In this document: positions 42,035-55,029 of the stretch, piece after piece
How the letters are laid out: every line of letters begins with the position of its first letter
Position numbering within the stretch: position 1 is the stretch's first letter
From: Eledone cirrhosa
Lineage: Eukaryota
Reading direction: 5' to 3'
Assembly: GCA_964016885.1 (NCBI GenBank)
Contig: OZ024743.1
Location: 107,074,001 to 107,138,000, forward strand
DNA length: 64,000 nucleotides
Program-made: the position numbers and the translations under genes
Notes under the pieces: model-generated
What the model was told of the DNA's origin: nothing
What the model saw: the letters and a program-made list of their open reading frames with translations, nothing else
The model's database searches: none

Positions 42035-42464
42035 CACCATTCATAAACACACACACATACAATATAAAATTCTCAGAGACCCGCACTTGTATATACACAT
42101 TCACAGACAGACAAAAGCAATAAGGTATACATACGAAATTCACCCTACCGGCAAATACATAGCCACAGCCACGACACATCTCGACTCTCCCTCTCGACTA
42201 CCACTTTCGAATGCCGGACCACTTGCCTATATAACCTAATCTTAAAAACATATTTCAAAACTCCAATGTTCCAATCTGTCCTCTGTCTTCGTACTTTTAT
42301 TTTCCTGAATAAGGCCTAATGTCTGACGCTCCGAGCCCTCCTTAATTCCCGCTAAGCGTCATACTAACATGTATTTGCATCCGTGTGACTGCGTTGGAAT
42401 TTCCATAATATCTCCTCCACCGCCTCCTCCTCCTTCTCTTCCTCCTACTTCACCCCCTCCTCCT

Positions 42465-42650
42465 CCTCTCTCGACTGAGAGGGTCCTGAGGGCGGTCACG
42501 TCAAACACTCATTCCAGCGAGACCACCCGAGCACGTATGTTATACAACCATCTTCCCCTGGTTCTAAACCCGGTTGTCTGGCGGTTGGTTTAGCCTGTAA
42601 AATCTGTCCATCAATACTCTCCTGAAACATTCTCAGCGCATGCCCATAGT
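42465..42650 (-). mobile_element. RTE-type LINE 3' coding remnant
   Basis: The minus strand reads YGHALRMFQESIDGQILQAKPT..RGRW, which continues the type of sequence seen at 46885-47335. Confidence 0.55.
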
Positions 42651-42734
42651 ATGCATATTTACATATTCATACATATATGTATATATAAATGAATAATTTA
42701 ATATTTATATATATATATATATATATATATACTA

Positions 42735-43691
42735 TATTATATCGTTAATTACCTCGACGTTACCCTTAATTTGTCGAATGGCTTGGACTACCCGTATAGA
42801 AAGCCGAATGATACGTTTAATTACATAAGTAAGCATTCTAACCATCCTGCCAGCATAACCAGGAACCTGGTGAGAAACGTTTCTTTGAGGCTTTCCAGTC
42901 TATCTACAAACGAGCATATTTTCAACGACCATTCCACTTATTACAATGAAGCTCTTGCTCGGAGTGGATTTGTCGATAAGGTAGCATATACAGAGTACGA
43001 GAATAGACCTAGGAAAAGTAGATCCCGACGCATTATATGGCCCACCATATAATATGGAGGTCGCCACACCATTAGCTAAGATCTTTCTATCCCTTATTAT
43101 GAAGCATTTCCCCCCAGCACATAAATATAGTAAAACTTTTAATAGAAATACCATTAAAATGCCTTACTCTACGGCTCCTAAATTTGCACATAACATCACA
43201 GCTTCAAATTTAGCTAAATTACCTATCCGTAGGAACAGGTGCGACCCTGTAGCTACTACTAGCTGTAATTGTAGGAATCAGGTTCACTGCCCCCTATCTG
43301 GGAAATAATTGTCTACAAATGTTAGGTTGAAACACCCACGTCCCGTAGGGCCTACATAGGGTTAACCGCCAATCGATTCAAGCAGCGTCTTTACATGCAT
43401 ACCTATTATTTTCTTAACCCTTTAAAAAGGAATATGACGTCACTTTCAGCATATATCTGGAGTCTAAAAGACAACCACACCCAATATAAGATACACTGTG
43501 AGAGCCTAGCTAAGGCTAGATCGTATAACGGAAATAAAAGACCATGTGAACTCTGCGCCGCTGAGGCCCTGGAAATACTCTACGCCAAAGACCACATCTT
43601 AAACAAAAAATCTGGGGGAATTTCGGCTTGTAAACATAAATTGCACAAAACATTCCTGTATTACAGCCCCACATTATACCCTAACGGATAG
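42735..43691 (+). pseudogene. Penelope-like element: RT C-terminus plus GIY-YIG endonuclease, frameshifted
   Basis: VNYLDVTLNL..PYRKPND..SNHP (PLE thumb), CNCRNQVHCPLSG, AYIGLTANRFKQR, TSLSAYIWSLK, CELC..E..LNKK. It starts at (TA)n. Confidence 0.9.
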
Positions 43692-44329
43692 TACGAACTA
43701 TACGCGGATATTTTACGTCTTGATGTGGTGACTAAGTATATGTTATGTTTATACCATTACTTATTTCTATAGGTAAGAATTTATTACCTGTATGTTTTGT
43801 GAGGGTGCGTATACTTTCTCGTAGGTATATTTGCATGTATATATTATATATTCTGGTACATGTGCATTTGGTTATGTGTATACGTGAGTTTTGCGTCTGT
43901 GTGAGTATGCGGGTTCGTACGCATGTGTATATGTGTAGTTTGTGTTTTGGTTGACGTACGTCTGCAAACCTTTGTGTATTTACATATAGGTATGTGTGTG
44001 CGCGCGTCATATACGTATTTATGGGTGTATATTTATATACTTTCATTTATTTATATGTATACACGCACACACACACACACATATATATACATATATATAT
44101 TTCTTTTTCATATATATTTTATGTGTATTTGGTGTATACGTTCGTATGTGTGCGGGTACTGGCGTTGCGTGGGTTCTGTATGTGCGTGTGTGTGTTTTTC
44201 TTGTGTACGTGCTTGTTTTTGCATACCCATGGCGAGTGTTTTCGCTTATGCTTGTGTATGTACGTATATGGATGCGTGTATGTATATATTTAATTTCAAT
44301 TATTTTATTTACTTTATTCTTAATTCTGA

Positions 44330-44777
44330 AGCCGAGAATCATTCGGTTTCCTAAATAGAATTTTAGTCCACGACTTCAATTATACCATTTACGTGATTTT
44401 GTCTTTACATGTAATTGTTCTCTCCGATCCACATAATAACGTATTATCTTCGTTTTCTCCGTTCAATGCCAGAGAACGTCTCCATGAATCACCTACTAGA
44501 ATATTAGTCTACGACTTCCTTTATACCATAAACGTGATTTTGTCTTTGCGTGTAATTGTTTTCTCGCACCAAATAATGACGTATTATCTTCGTTTTTTTT
44601 CGTTCTTTGTCAGGGAACGTTTCCCAAACCAAACTATCGTCTTCCTGTCTTCCTTTGGTTGCAACGTTTTTTGAAATATCTAACTTCTGCGTTCACAAAT
44701 TGACTTCTTTAGTTTCAGAAAATCCCGTTAAGGGTGAAAGCTGCGATCCTTTGCTTAAATTTGAATCTGTTATTTTA

Positions 44778-44785
<8 letters not shown>
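44330..44785 (+). mobile_element. Copy of the CAGAAGA-hammerhead family (internal tandem subrepeats, hammerhead remnant at 44711-44761)
   Basis: Homologous to 58240-58615. The core is mutated to CAGAAAA. It ends at (TA)n. Confidence 0.8.
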
Positions 44786-44820
<35 letters not shown>

Positions 44821-45419
44821 GTAGTTAAGCGAAGCAAGACCAGAAATATAATGTTTCTGGATCAATCAATGGTAAGAGAGTTATTGAGTTGGTGCAGAAA
44901 AATATATGTAACATAGAATAATATTATGGAGCAGATCTTCGGAACTTGGGGAAAGATAATGAGATTATTACTATATATAAAGCAGAACAAAATAAAGATG
45001 AAATGAAAATACAAATAAAAAGGGAGGGTTACGTGTCCGTAAAGAATCATCAGATTAGCAACTCCCTAGATGGGGCAGCTTGGCACTGGAGAATTTCATG
45101 TGTATGGTATAAATAAACATCATATATCTGTCGAGGCTGATGGTAAACACTGGTGCCTATCACATACCAAAATGGCTTCCTGTAGGGCAACTATCTTATT
45201 GTATAGAGATGGGTTTCAAGGTAGGTAACTATTTGGAGAGCCAACAATCCCACTAGGAGCTGTAACCAAGGTAGGGTAGGGAGGTAGCTTATAGGTATAG
45301 TTGCAGTGGGATTTGAGCTTAGGGATGTAAGGTATAGGTGCTTATGTGATGGACTAATTTGTTAGTTTAGGGAGGGGCATGACTAAAGGATGGGCTAATC
45401 TGGGTCGAATATTCTGTTG

Positions 45420-45701
45420 GCGAAGGAACTCGCTCTGCGGTGGTGGCAGTTGATCACCAAATCGTTCCTGTCATTATTGGGGAGGGGGGGGGGGCTGGAC
45501 AAAGTTATGTGATATGCCTCGGTAAGGCAGAGATCGCAAGAGTTTTTTCTCCCATTAAATGCAGGAGATCAAGCTAAGTTATCCCAAGCTATTGAATGTT
45601 CAATGTTAGGTAATCTAAGGTTTTTAATGAGCCTAGTTAGAGAAGTTGAGCATCTATTGCTAGAGTCGCGGCGGAAAATGAGTGCGCATTAATGCGAACC
45701 T

Positions 45702-45705
<4 letters not shown>
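45420..45705 (-). pseudogene. Penelope-like GIY-YIG C-terminal remnant
   Basis: The minus strand reads FKVRINAH..STSLTRLIKNL..IAW..SPAFNGRKNSCDLCLTEAYHI..NDRNDLVINCHH, homologous to 43380-43650. Confidence 0.8.
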
Positions 45706-45793
<88 letters not shown>

Positions 45794-46225
45794 AACTACA
45801 ATCGCGCAAACACAAACTTATAAAAATAAACTCTAACAGACATACATTCACACAAATACACATACTTTCACGCATATACATTTACGCAAATACACACATA
45901 CAGTCATGAAAGCAGCATTCAGTGAATTGGAAATGGGAGGGTAATACAAGTAAAATGTTTTATTTATTTATTAACTACACAGTTAAATTCTTTTTTTAAA
46001 CGCATTTGTATAGCAATTTGATATAAAGATTACAGAACGAAAACACTAACAAATATAATATATACAAAGAAAACGAAAATAAAAAAAAGAAAGAGAAACA
46101 AATACACAAGCACGTAATACCCACATCTTAGACCACATCAACAAAAGGCAGCCGAAAAGAATGGACAAACGAGACCCTACCAGAGCAAAAGATAACAATA
46201 CAGCGAGGAGCATTGGGAAACCTCT

Positions 46226-46705
46226 CTAATAATTTTTGAGGCAAGCCAGCACGCTCGCAGCGTTACCTGCGGTGATAGCGAGGCTGAGGTGCTTGAACAA
46301 CCAAGTGCCTTCATGAGCATCACCAGTTACCTTTGTTTGGTGCGCCACCAGTGGAGAAAAGAACCTTGCTGTCAGTCGCGCGACTCCCACAAACGTCTCG
46401 ACCGCCACAGGCTGGATAATTAGTTAGCTGACAGAAAACGGTATCAGAGGATGGATAATTAGTTAGCTGACAGAAAACGGTATCTTACGATTTTGTTCCG
46501 TTCAGCTGCGGATGGTGTAGCTCTCGCCCTTACCGCTGCATCAAGGATGTGGGAAGAAGCAAAATAGTCACTAACTGTGACGTCTAAGGTAATGCACCTG
46601 CCTCTTGACCAGAAGCACAGAGTAAGACCGTCAAATCTTTTCCCATCAATTCTGCACAAACCAGGCGATTCCAAAATTGAGTGGATGTTTGCCCGGGCCA
46701 AAGCT
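46226..46705 (-). pseudogene. CRE-clade non-LTR retrotransposon, restriction-like endonuclease remnant
   Basis: DGKRFDGLTL..WSRGRCITLDVTV..AAERNKIVRY..PVAVETFVG..LFKHLSLAITAGNA. It is interrupted by a 33-bp tandem duplication (46413-46445 / 46452-46484). Confidence 0.85.
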
Positions 46706-46884
46706 GTTAAGTGGTAATAGGACAGTGTGTGTATGTGCGCATTCGTGGTTTTGTCGGGGTTCTTAAATTAGAGACGTGTGTGTCACTGTTTTAAGTTAAA
46801 GACATATATGTGTGTATCCCCTTCCTTCCTTTTTCATACACATACATTCACACAGACACATACACATTGCATGATGGACGTGTG

Positions 46885-47335
46885 GACAGAAGTCCCTCAA
46901 ATGTATATACATGTGAATGGAGTTCTACTGAAGCAGTGATAGAAGTTCAAGTATCTTGGAGCCGTGTTCATGAGTGATGGAATGCAGGAAGGTGAATTAA
47001 GTGCAAGTATTGCAAAAGCTGATGCAGTAATGCACCAGCCGCAGCAATCAGAAGGAGGGGGTAGGTGTAAAAGCCAAACTCGCTGTCGTCCTGGTATTCC
47101 TGCGAACTCTTACCGAGGATCATGAATTTTCAGTAATGACCAAAAGAATACAATTGCAAATAAAAGCGGCAGAAATTGAATTCCTCCGAAGAATATTTGG
47201 AGTAACGTTACTCGATAAAATGCATAGCTCAGACACGAGAGAGTCACTCCTGGTAGAGCCACTACTTCTCTGAATTGAGAGATCACAACTCCGATATTAT
47301 GAGCATGTGGTTAGAATGTCTCAGCAAAGAGGACG
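46885..47335 (+). pseudogene. RTE-clade RT C-terminal remnant
   Basis: [48 protein letters not shown], with stops. Confidence 0.85.
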
Positions 47336-47377
47336 GTTTTCCTGGTAGTAAACGTAATGAAGACATAACATATCGTC

Positions 47378-47523
<146 letters not shown>

Positions 47524-47692
47524 TATTTTCTCCTAGTTTATTTTAAATGTATTCTATTTTCTCCTAGTATATTTTACACCTAATTCTGTTTAATTGACTG
47601 TATCTGGGCGATTACGCTGTCGAAATATTCGATAAATATTCCGTTGCGGCCGACGCGAAGGGCTTTTATTTATTTATTATTTTTATTTATTA

Positions 47693-47880
47693 TGCGGTGG
47701 ATTGGGAGTATCGGTAGAGGGTCGGACGCCATGCTTTCCAGCATAGTTACGTCCCTTTATGATCTGAGTTCAAATCCCGCCGAGGTTGACTTTGCCTTTC
47801 ATCCTTACGGGGTCGATAAAATAAAGTACCAGTAATGCACTGGGTGATTGCTGGCCTTGTGCCTAAAGCAGAAACAATTA
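47693..47880 (+). mobile_element. Intact tRNA-derived SINE
   Basis: Boxes A and B, the central domain and a TTA-rich tail. Near-identical to 22218. Confidence 0.9.
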
Positions 47881-48613
47881 TTTTATTATTTTATTTATTA
47901 ATTATTTTCACACACTTCTTAGCTCTCCCAATGTTATTTATCATTTATTTATTTTTTGTTCGCTATTTTGTAGAGTATAAGAGAGAGAAAGAAAGAGAGG
48001 CGATGATAAAGAGAAAGGGAGTGAGGCGGATGGGGAGAGAAAGACAATAAGAAAAGAGAAAATATGGGAGAGAGAAAAAAGTAGAGAAGCAGGAGAGAGG
48101 GAGCGTGATTGGAGGGATTCTTTACCTAATGTGTGTCCGCGTATATATATATTTTTACACACACATATGTGTGTGTTATGGGGGGGGGGGCGTTCATTAG
48201 CAGACAATATATGTTACCATCAAAGCTTAATTTCTACATATGTCTAAACAAATCACAGATGCTTTTATAGAAGTTGTATATATATGTATGTATTTAACAG
48301 ACAAAAAAAACGGTATTTTTAAAAGATATTTTTTGAATATATTATTTTCCGCTGTTATTTCAATTAACACAGAACATATTTTTTTTGTAGTGTTTGTCGT
48401 TTTTGGGGGGTTTTTTTGTGTGTGTGGGGTGGGGGGTGGGGGGGATAAAAATTGATAATTTCAGAATACAATCTGAAATCCAAATATCTTCTACATATGT
48501 CTAAAATTAATTACACCTAATATAAATTCCTATAAAGAGATCATTTAAAACAACTTTACTGAGTGAACAATACATTCTATAATTGTTTCTATTTCGGAAA
48601 GAGTGTGGTGTGT

Positions 48614-48675
48614 AATAATTGTTTCTACTTTTGGCACAAGGCCAGCAATTATTCCAGTGCATTACTGGTACTTTA
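48614..48675 (-). mobile_element. SINE 3' fragment immediately upstream of the Helitron ORF
   Basis: tgtttctacttttggcacaaggccagcaatt..cattactggtacttta. Confidence 0.75.
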
Positions 48676-48704
48676 TCGTGTGATCTGTAATAGTATCACT
48701 TCAA

Positions 48705-51700
48705 ATGCCTAGAAAACGCTCCAGATCATTATATGGAAGGTCATCTTCAGAGGCTAAGAGAAAGAAAACACAGTGAACTGAAGAAAGTGAAGAAGTTCAG
48801 CATACCCGTCTAGCTGCTAACAGAGCCCAAACAGCTTTAGCACGAGCACACCGTTTGGATGAAAGGGAACAAAGGACTGCTTCTACACAAGAACAACAAA
48901 TTAAGGAACAGCAGCAAATCAGACGAAATGCTAATCAAGCATATCGTTCTACTGCCCGAGCAGGATAACAAGCCACAAGTAAAATGAACTGGCTGATGGG
49001 TGTTTTTTCTTATGACTCCCAAAAGGACTACAACAGTAATCCACAAATCAACATTGGGAAAATGAAAAAATGCTGCCAGTATTGTAGTGCCAAGAAGTGG
49101 GCAGCAGAAACACCAAGTCTATGCTACTCAAAAGGCAAAATGAGCCTTAAAACAATACAGGAACCTCCTGAATTTCTGAAGATTCTGCTCCTTCAGCATA
49201 CACCAGAAGCACAACACTTCAATAAATACATCATAAAATATAATTCTACCTTTCAAATGACATCTGTTGGGGCTGACAGGAATGTGATTGACTTTAGATT
49301 CTATACAACTTATAACATTCAGGGACAGTGTTACCACTTTCACAGGAGCCTCAAAAATTTGTGCAGGTTTACTTTATGTGTTGAAATGAAACACAGGCAC
49401 AACAAAGATGTACCAATGTCCATGGTGGATTGCAGTTCTACATAGTCATAAAGTTACAAGAAATGCTTCACCAACATCACATGTACGTCAGTGTATTTAA
49501 ATATGCACTGGATCATATGAACAACACCAGAGATCGTAAAATCATCATTTTCAACGCAAATTCAATGCACCTGTCACTGATGAAGTTGCAATCATAATAT
49601 TTGATGAACAGCATGAATGACGTGACATTGTTTTGCAAAAAACGAAGTGGACATTTGGAGCGAATTTGTGAAACTCATAGAGCCTATGATTCACTCCAAT
49701 ATCCGCTCATCTTTTGAAATGGTCAAGATGGATATCATTTTCAGCTATGGTAGATCAGCCCAGGAAAGGGACAATAAACTGGCCGATCAACCAGCTGCAA
49801 ATAATTCTATGCTTATCATTTCATGGTACGTGATCACTTCAACCAAATTCTGCGATTCAAAGTAACTAGCCAGTTCATGGTGGACATGTATGCCAACATT
49901 GAAACAAATAGATTGGGTTTTCTGCGGAGGAATCAATCTAAGTTGAGAGCAGATAACTACATCTACTTTAGAGATGCCATCAATTCTGATGTTGACCAAA
50001 GAAATATTGGCCAGCCAGTCATACTACCATCAAGCTTCACGGGAGGACCACGTTACATGTACATGCATGAACGTACGCAAGATGCAATGGCCTATGTCAG
50101 AACACTTGGTCGGCCAGAACTCTTCATTACATTTACATGCAATTCAAACTGGTCAGACATATCAAATGAATTATTTCAAAATCAAAAATCAAAGGATCGA
50201 CTTGACCCCATTGCTCGGGTTTTCCATGATAAGCAACAAAAAAAACTCATCTGGTTCCTAAAAGAATGAAGAATCTTTGGTCAGCTTAGTGCTTGGATGA
50301 CCACTATTTAGTGGCAGAAGAGAAGTCTTCCTCACTCTCATACACTAATCTGGTGCAAGGAGAAGATAAGACCGGATGATGTTGATAAGGTCATTTCAGC
50401 AGAGTTGCCTGATAAAGGTGGTGATCCAGAGCTCTTTGAAACCATCAAGTACAAGATCATTCATGGTCCATGTGGAGTTATCAATCCAGCCTCTCCCTGT
50501 ATGAAAGATAAAAAATGCAGCAAACATTATCCTAGAGCTTTTATTCGGGAAACTCGGACTGACAATAATGGATACCCCCTTTATCGTAGGCGTAGACCAG
50601 AACATGGAGGCAATACTGCAAGCCTAACAGTTGGAGGAGCGGAGCTGACCATAAACAATCAGTCGGTCGTCCCACACAACAAATTGTTGTGTAAACTTTT
50701 AAAAGTTCATATCATATGTTGAGTATTGCAGCTCCATCAAGGCAATCCTATATGTCACAAAATATATCAACAATGGCAGTGACATGGCTTTCTTTATTAT
50801 TGATAAAGAACTCAATGATGATGGGCTAGATGAGGTTAAACGGTATCAAACAGGTCGATACATCTCCAGCAATGAAGCTATCTGGCGAAGCTTTGGATTT
50901 GATATCCACCGACACCACCCAAAAGTGGTCAACCTCGCAGTCCATCTGGACAATGGACAGAGAGTGTACTTCACTGAAATCACTGCTCATCAGTTGGCAC
51001 ACGCATCAGATGACACTACACTAACTGCATTCTTTAAACTCTGCCAGATTGATAAATTTGCTCGATCCCTCCTATATGCTGAAGTCCCCACATACTACAC
51101 ATGGACCAATTTCAAGAGCTGGAATCGAAGAAAGCAGGGTCAGTTAGTGGAAGGTCATGAAGTTAAGTCAAGTGATGCTATTGGGCGTGTTTACAATGTC
51201 CATCCCAACAACAGAGAATGTTTTTATTTAGGGCTACATCTGAATACTGTTAGAGGACCAACGTCACTTGAGGATCTTAGGTGCTTCAGAGGAAGGGAAT
51301 GCGCAACATGCCAAGAAGCATGTAAACAGCATGGAATCCTGCAAGACAATGGACACTGGAAGAAGTGCCTAGAAGAAGCAGCCATCACTCAAGTAGCCAG
51401 TCAAATAAAACAAGTATTTGCTATTATGCTCACAGCATGTGGAATTGATGAAGCTCATCTACTCTGGCAGGAGTAGAAAAACAATATGTCGGACGACTTT
51501 CTACACCTAGCCCGAATACATCGAGGGAATATGTATATGGAATATACCTCCAGGATTTACAATCAAGCTCTCTGTGACCTGTCCCATCGAGTTCAGGCAA
51601 TGAATAGCACGTTAGCTAAGTTCGGGATGCCAGAGCCAGATGAAGAAATGGAGGTAGCACAAAACATTTTCCAGGAGACAAACTACGATATTCAAGAATT

Positions 51701-53051
51701 GCGTAAGTTTGTGGATGAAAATGAACCTCGATTGAGGGATACCAGAAATACGCCTAACACAACATCATAGAACACATACAAAATGACAAGGGAGGACTTT
51801 TCTTCATCGATGCTCCTGCTGACACAGGCAAGACATTCCTCATAAACCTCCTGCTTGCAAAAGTTCGCCAAAAGCAACATATTTCCCTTGCTGTGGCTTC
51901 AAGTGGCATTGCAGCAACACTTCTGGATGGAGGAAGAACTGCACACTTCATGTTTCAGCTGCCTATAGATCTCACACGGCATGAACAATCTTTTTGCAAC
52001 ATCAAGAACTCACGCAAGGGCAAGCTTCTGCAAACATGCAAGATGATAATATGGGATGAAGCTACTATGAGCCATAAAGGAGCAATTAAAGCTTTGGACC
52101 GGGCGATAAGGGATCTGAGAGAAAATAGTTGCATAGTGGGAGGAGTAACAATGGTTCTTGCTGGTGATTTCAGACAAACTCTGCCTGTAATTCTTCGAGG
52201 GACTCGAGCTGATCAGGTCATTGCCTGTCTGAAAATATCCTATCTCTGGCTCCACTTTCAACTGTTGAGCCTTACAACTAACATGCGAGTGCACTTATCT
52301 GGTGACGACGGTGTCAGTGAGTTTGCCATCCAACTACTTAAATTGGGAAATGAACTTCTTGAAAAGGATTCCAATGACCATATTCAGTTGTCATTTGGCC
52401 ATATCATTGACACAGAACAAGAACTAATTGCCAGGCAATGTGATCCGAAATGGCTCTGTGAACGAGCAATCTTAGCACCTAAAAATGTTGCTGTGAAAGA
52501 AATCAACTGAAGGCTGCTGGAGATGTTACCGGGAGAGAAAATATGCTACAAATCAGTTGACACAATCACTTCTCAAGACCAGGTTGTAAAGTATCCAACT
52601 AAATTTTTGAACAGTCTTGAACAAGCGGGAATTCCTCCACAGAACCTGATACTGAAGCTTGGAGCATCCGTTATGCTACTTCGCAATCTGGATCCTCCAA
52701 AACTTTGTAATGGCACAAGACTCATCATCAAAAATATGATGTCCAATGTTCTAGAAGTTGCGATCATGTCGGGAAAATTTGCTGTTGACAATTGTTTCAT
52801 TCCCAGATTACCTCTGAAGCCAACTGATTTGCCATTTTAATTTCAAAGACTTCAATTTCTGATCAGGCTCAGCTTTGCCATGAACATTAATAAATCTCAA
52901 GGGCAATCATAGAAAGTCGTTGGGTTGAATCTGGCAGATCCTGTCTTTCCACATGGTCAACTCTATGTTGGCACAACAAGGGTTGGGAACCCTAATTGTC
53001 CCTTTACATGGCAAAACCAAGAATGTTGTTTATCCAGAGGCTTTGGAGTGA
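48705..53051 (+). pseudogene. Helitron Rep-helicase (HUH Rep plus PIF1-family helicase), multiple stops and frameshifts
   Basis: ILPSSFTGGPRYM, FITFTCN, WQKRSLPHSH (HUH), HGPCG, YVTKYINNG (Y2), Walker A DAPADTGKTF, WDEATM, GDFRQTLPV, LCNGTRL, HGQLYV, and the terminal TKNVVYPEALE*. Confidence 0.95.
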
Positions 53052-53946
53052 GCAATGTCGTAATTCCTCATTCAATGACAATACACACAGATTCTAATTC
53101 CTTAGTCATGTAGTTTGCAAGGATTTCTGAAGCCGCAAATTTACTCCATGGTGTTACTTTGGAAGAATATGCAAGCATTCCCGGGTACCCCTGCTATATA
53201 AAGTATTATAAGTGAGGACTTTGTTGGTTAGAAATAGCAGCCACATTTCCTTCACTTCCCACCTTTCTTTCTCAGGTATGTATATATGTATGAAGCAAAC
53301 AGGAATGGTTCTATGTGATAACTCGATCTATTAGCAATATTAGCAAAATCCATTTCCAATCATAAACAACTGTCTTACACACATACGTGTGTATGTATGT
53401 ATCTATGTATGTCATGTGAGCCACTATAACTGTTGGTATAGCTAATAGAAATAGAAAACAAATCTCCCTCAAACAAGATCCTACTGCCATAGAGGCAAAG
53501 ATTGGTGAAAGCTAGTGTACACATTTAAATACACTTTCCCCGAATTACAGAAATGAGTAAGTAAATGCTTCATTCAATCATAAACCAATGGTAAATTTAT
53601 TTTCTATTGTTTGAATTTCAGAGGCTCAGACTGAGCAAAAAAAAAAAAAGAAAGAAAAGGATAAATAAAAAAAAATCTAAATGTATTTTTTTGGTCATGC
53701 CCTTTTCACTGACAACATACCTAATGATTCATCTATGAGTAAAGCACTATATATGCTGACTAATAGGAAGCAGTATTAAAAAAATAACCACTGGAAAAAA
53801 CTAATATCTTTATCGAGATGATTTACATTGACCAAACGGCAATAAATATTCTGCTATAATTCCTACTTTGGTTAAAATTTACCAATCATATTTGAATGTG
53901 CAAATATTTTGTATTGTGTACCAAATATACCGTCACTTTCATAAAA

Positions 53947-54090
<144 letters not shown>

Positions 54091-55029
54091 ACATGCATTC
54101 ATACAAGCATACATATATATACGGGATCATCCATGTATATATATACACAGAGCTTGCGAGAGAGAACGGCGGAAAGGTGTGAAGTGAGACATCAGTTCAG
54201 TAGGACAGTACTAAAGATGATATCTTATTCGTAAGTGAAAGAATTTGTGAAGTGAATTCATAAGATAAAATCATTTCATTACATGAACAACGAATTTCAA
54301 CTAAAATGATAATTGTACAGTTAAAAGTGTATTCGACAAGAGATAATTTTGATTACACCAGTTGTTGATAGACGCTTTAGTATTGTAAATCTTATTTCAA
54401 GATTATGCAGTAAATAATTATTTTTGAGCTGAAAAACTAATATGGAATTAAAATTAACCTACAAATTTAAATTCTTATCACACCAAATCTAAATATGTAA
54501 ACATGTACTTTGGTTGATGAAGTTATGATGATATACGTAATTCTTTAGGAGTGAGGTGAATCTACACAGAAGAGTTCCATATAAGTGGAAATTACAATGT
54601 CTGAGTTTAAAATATATGCATGTATAGTAGATTGGTATGCTAATATACTACAAATCAGGCGAGCGCATAAGTTACTGATAACATTGTTCTAGTAATTCTG
54701 GCGTAAAACGCTTCTGGAAAGAGCTGAATTTGTAATGTTTTGTTTGGCTTGAGTATGTAAAATGTTTATACGCTTCATGGACGCATTTCTTGTTATTTTT
54801 AAAATGTTGTACTCCAGTTTATCCCCGCATAGCTACACATCTTGCGAATTTCTAAAATAATGTATGTAGGTAATTAGCAACGTGTCTTTCATATTTACAC
54901 AGAGAGAGAGGTTTGTGATTGTATGTATGAATGTGTATATTTATAAGTATGTATATATATATATATATATGTGCGTGTGTTGTGTGTATATATATATATA
55001 TATAATATAGCGCACAACAGCAAAAAGAA

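Noticed and set aside
45020-45070. Minus-strand CUGAUGA in the tail of the PLE remnant
   Set aside because: GAAA and stem II are missing. It is at best a badly deleted relic.
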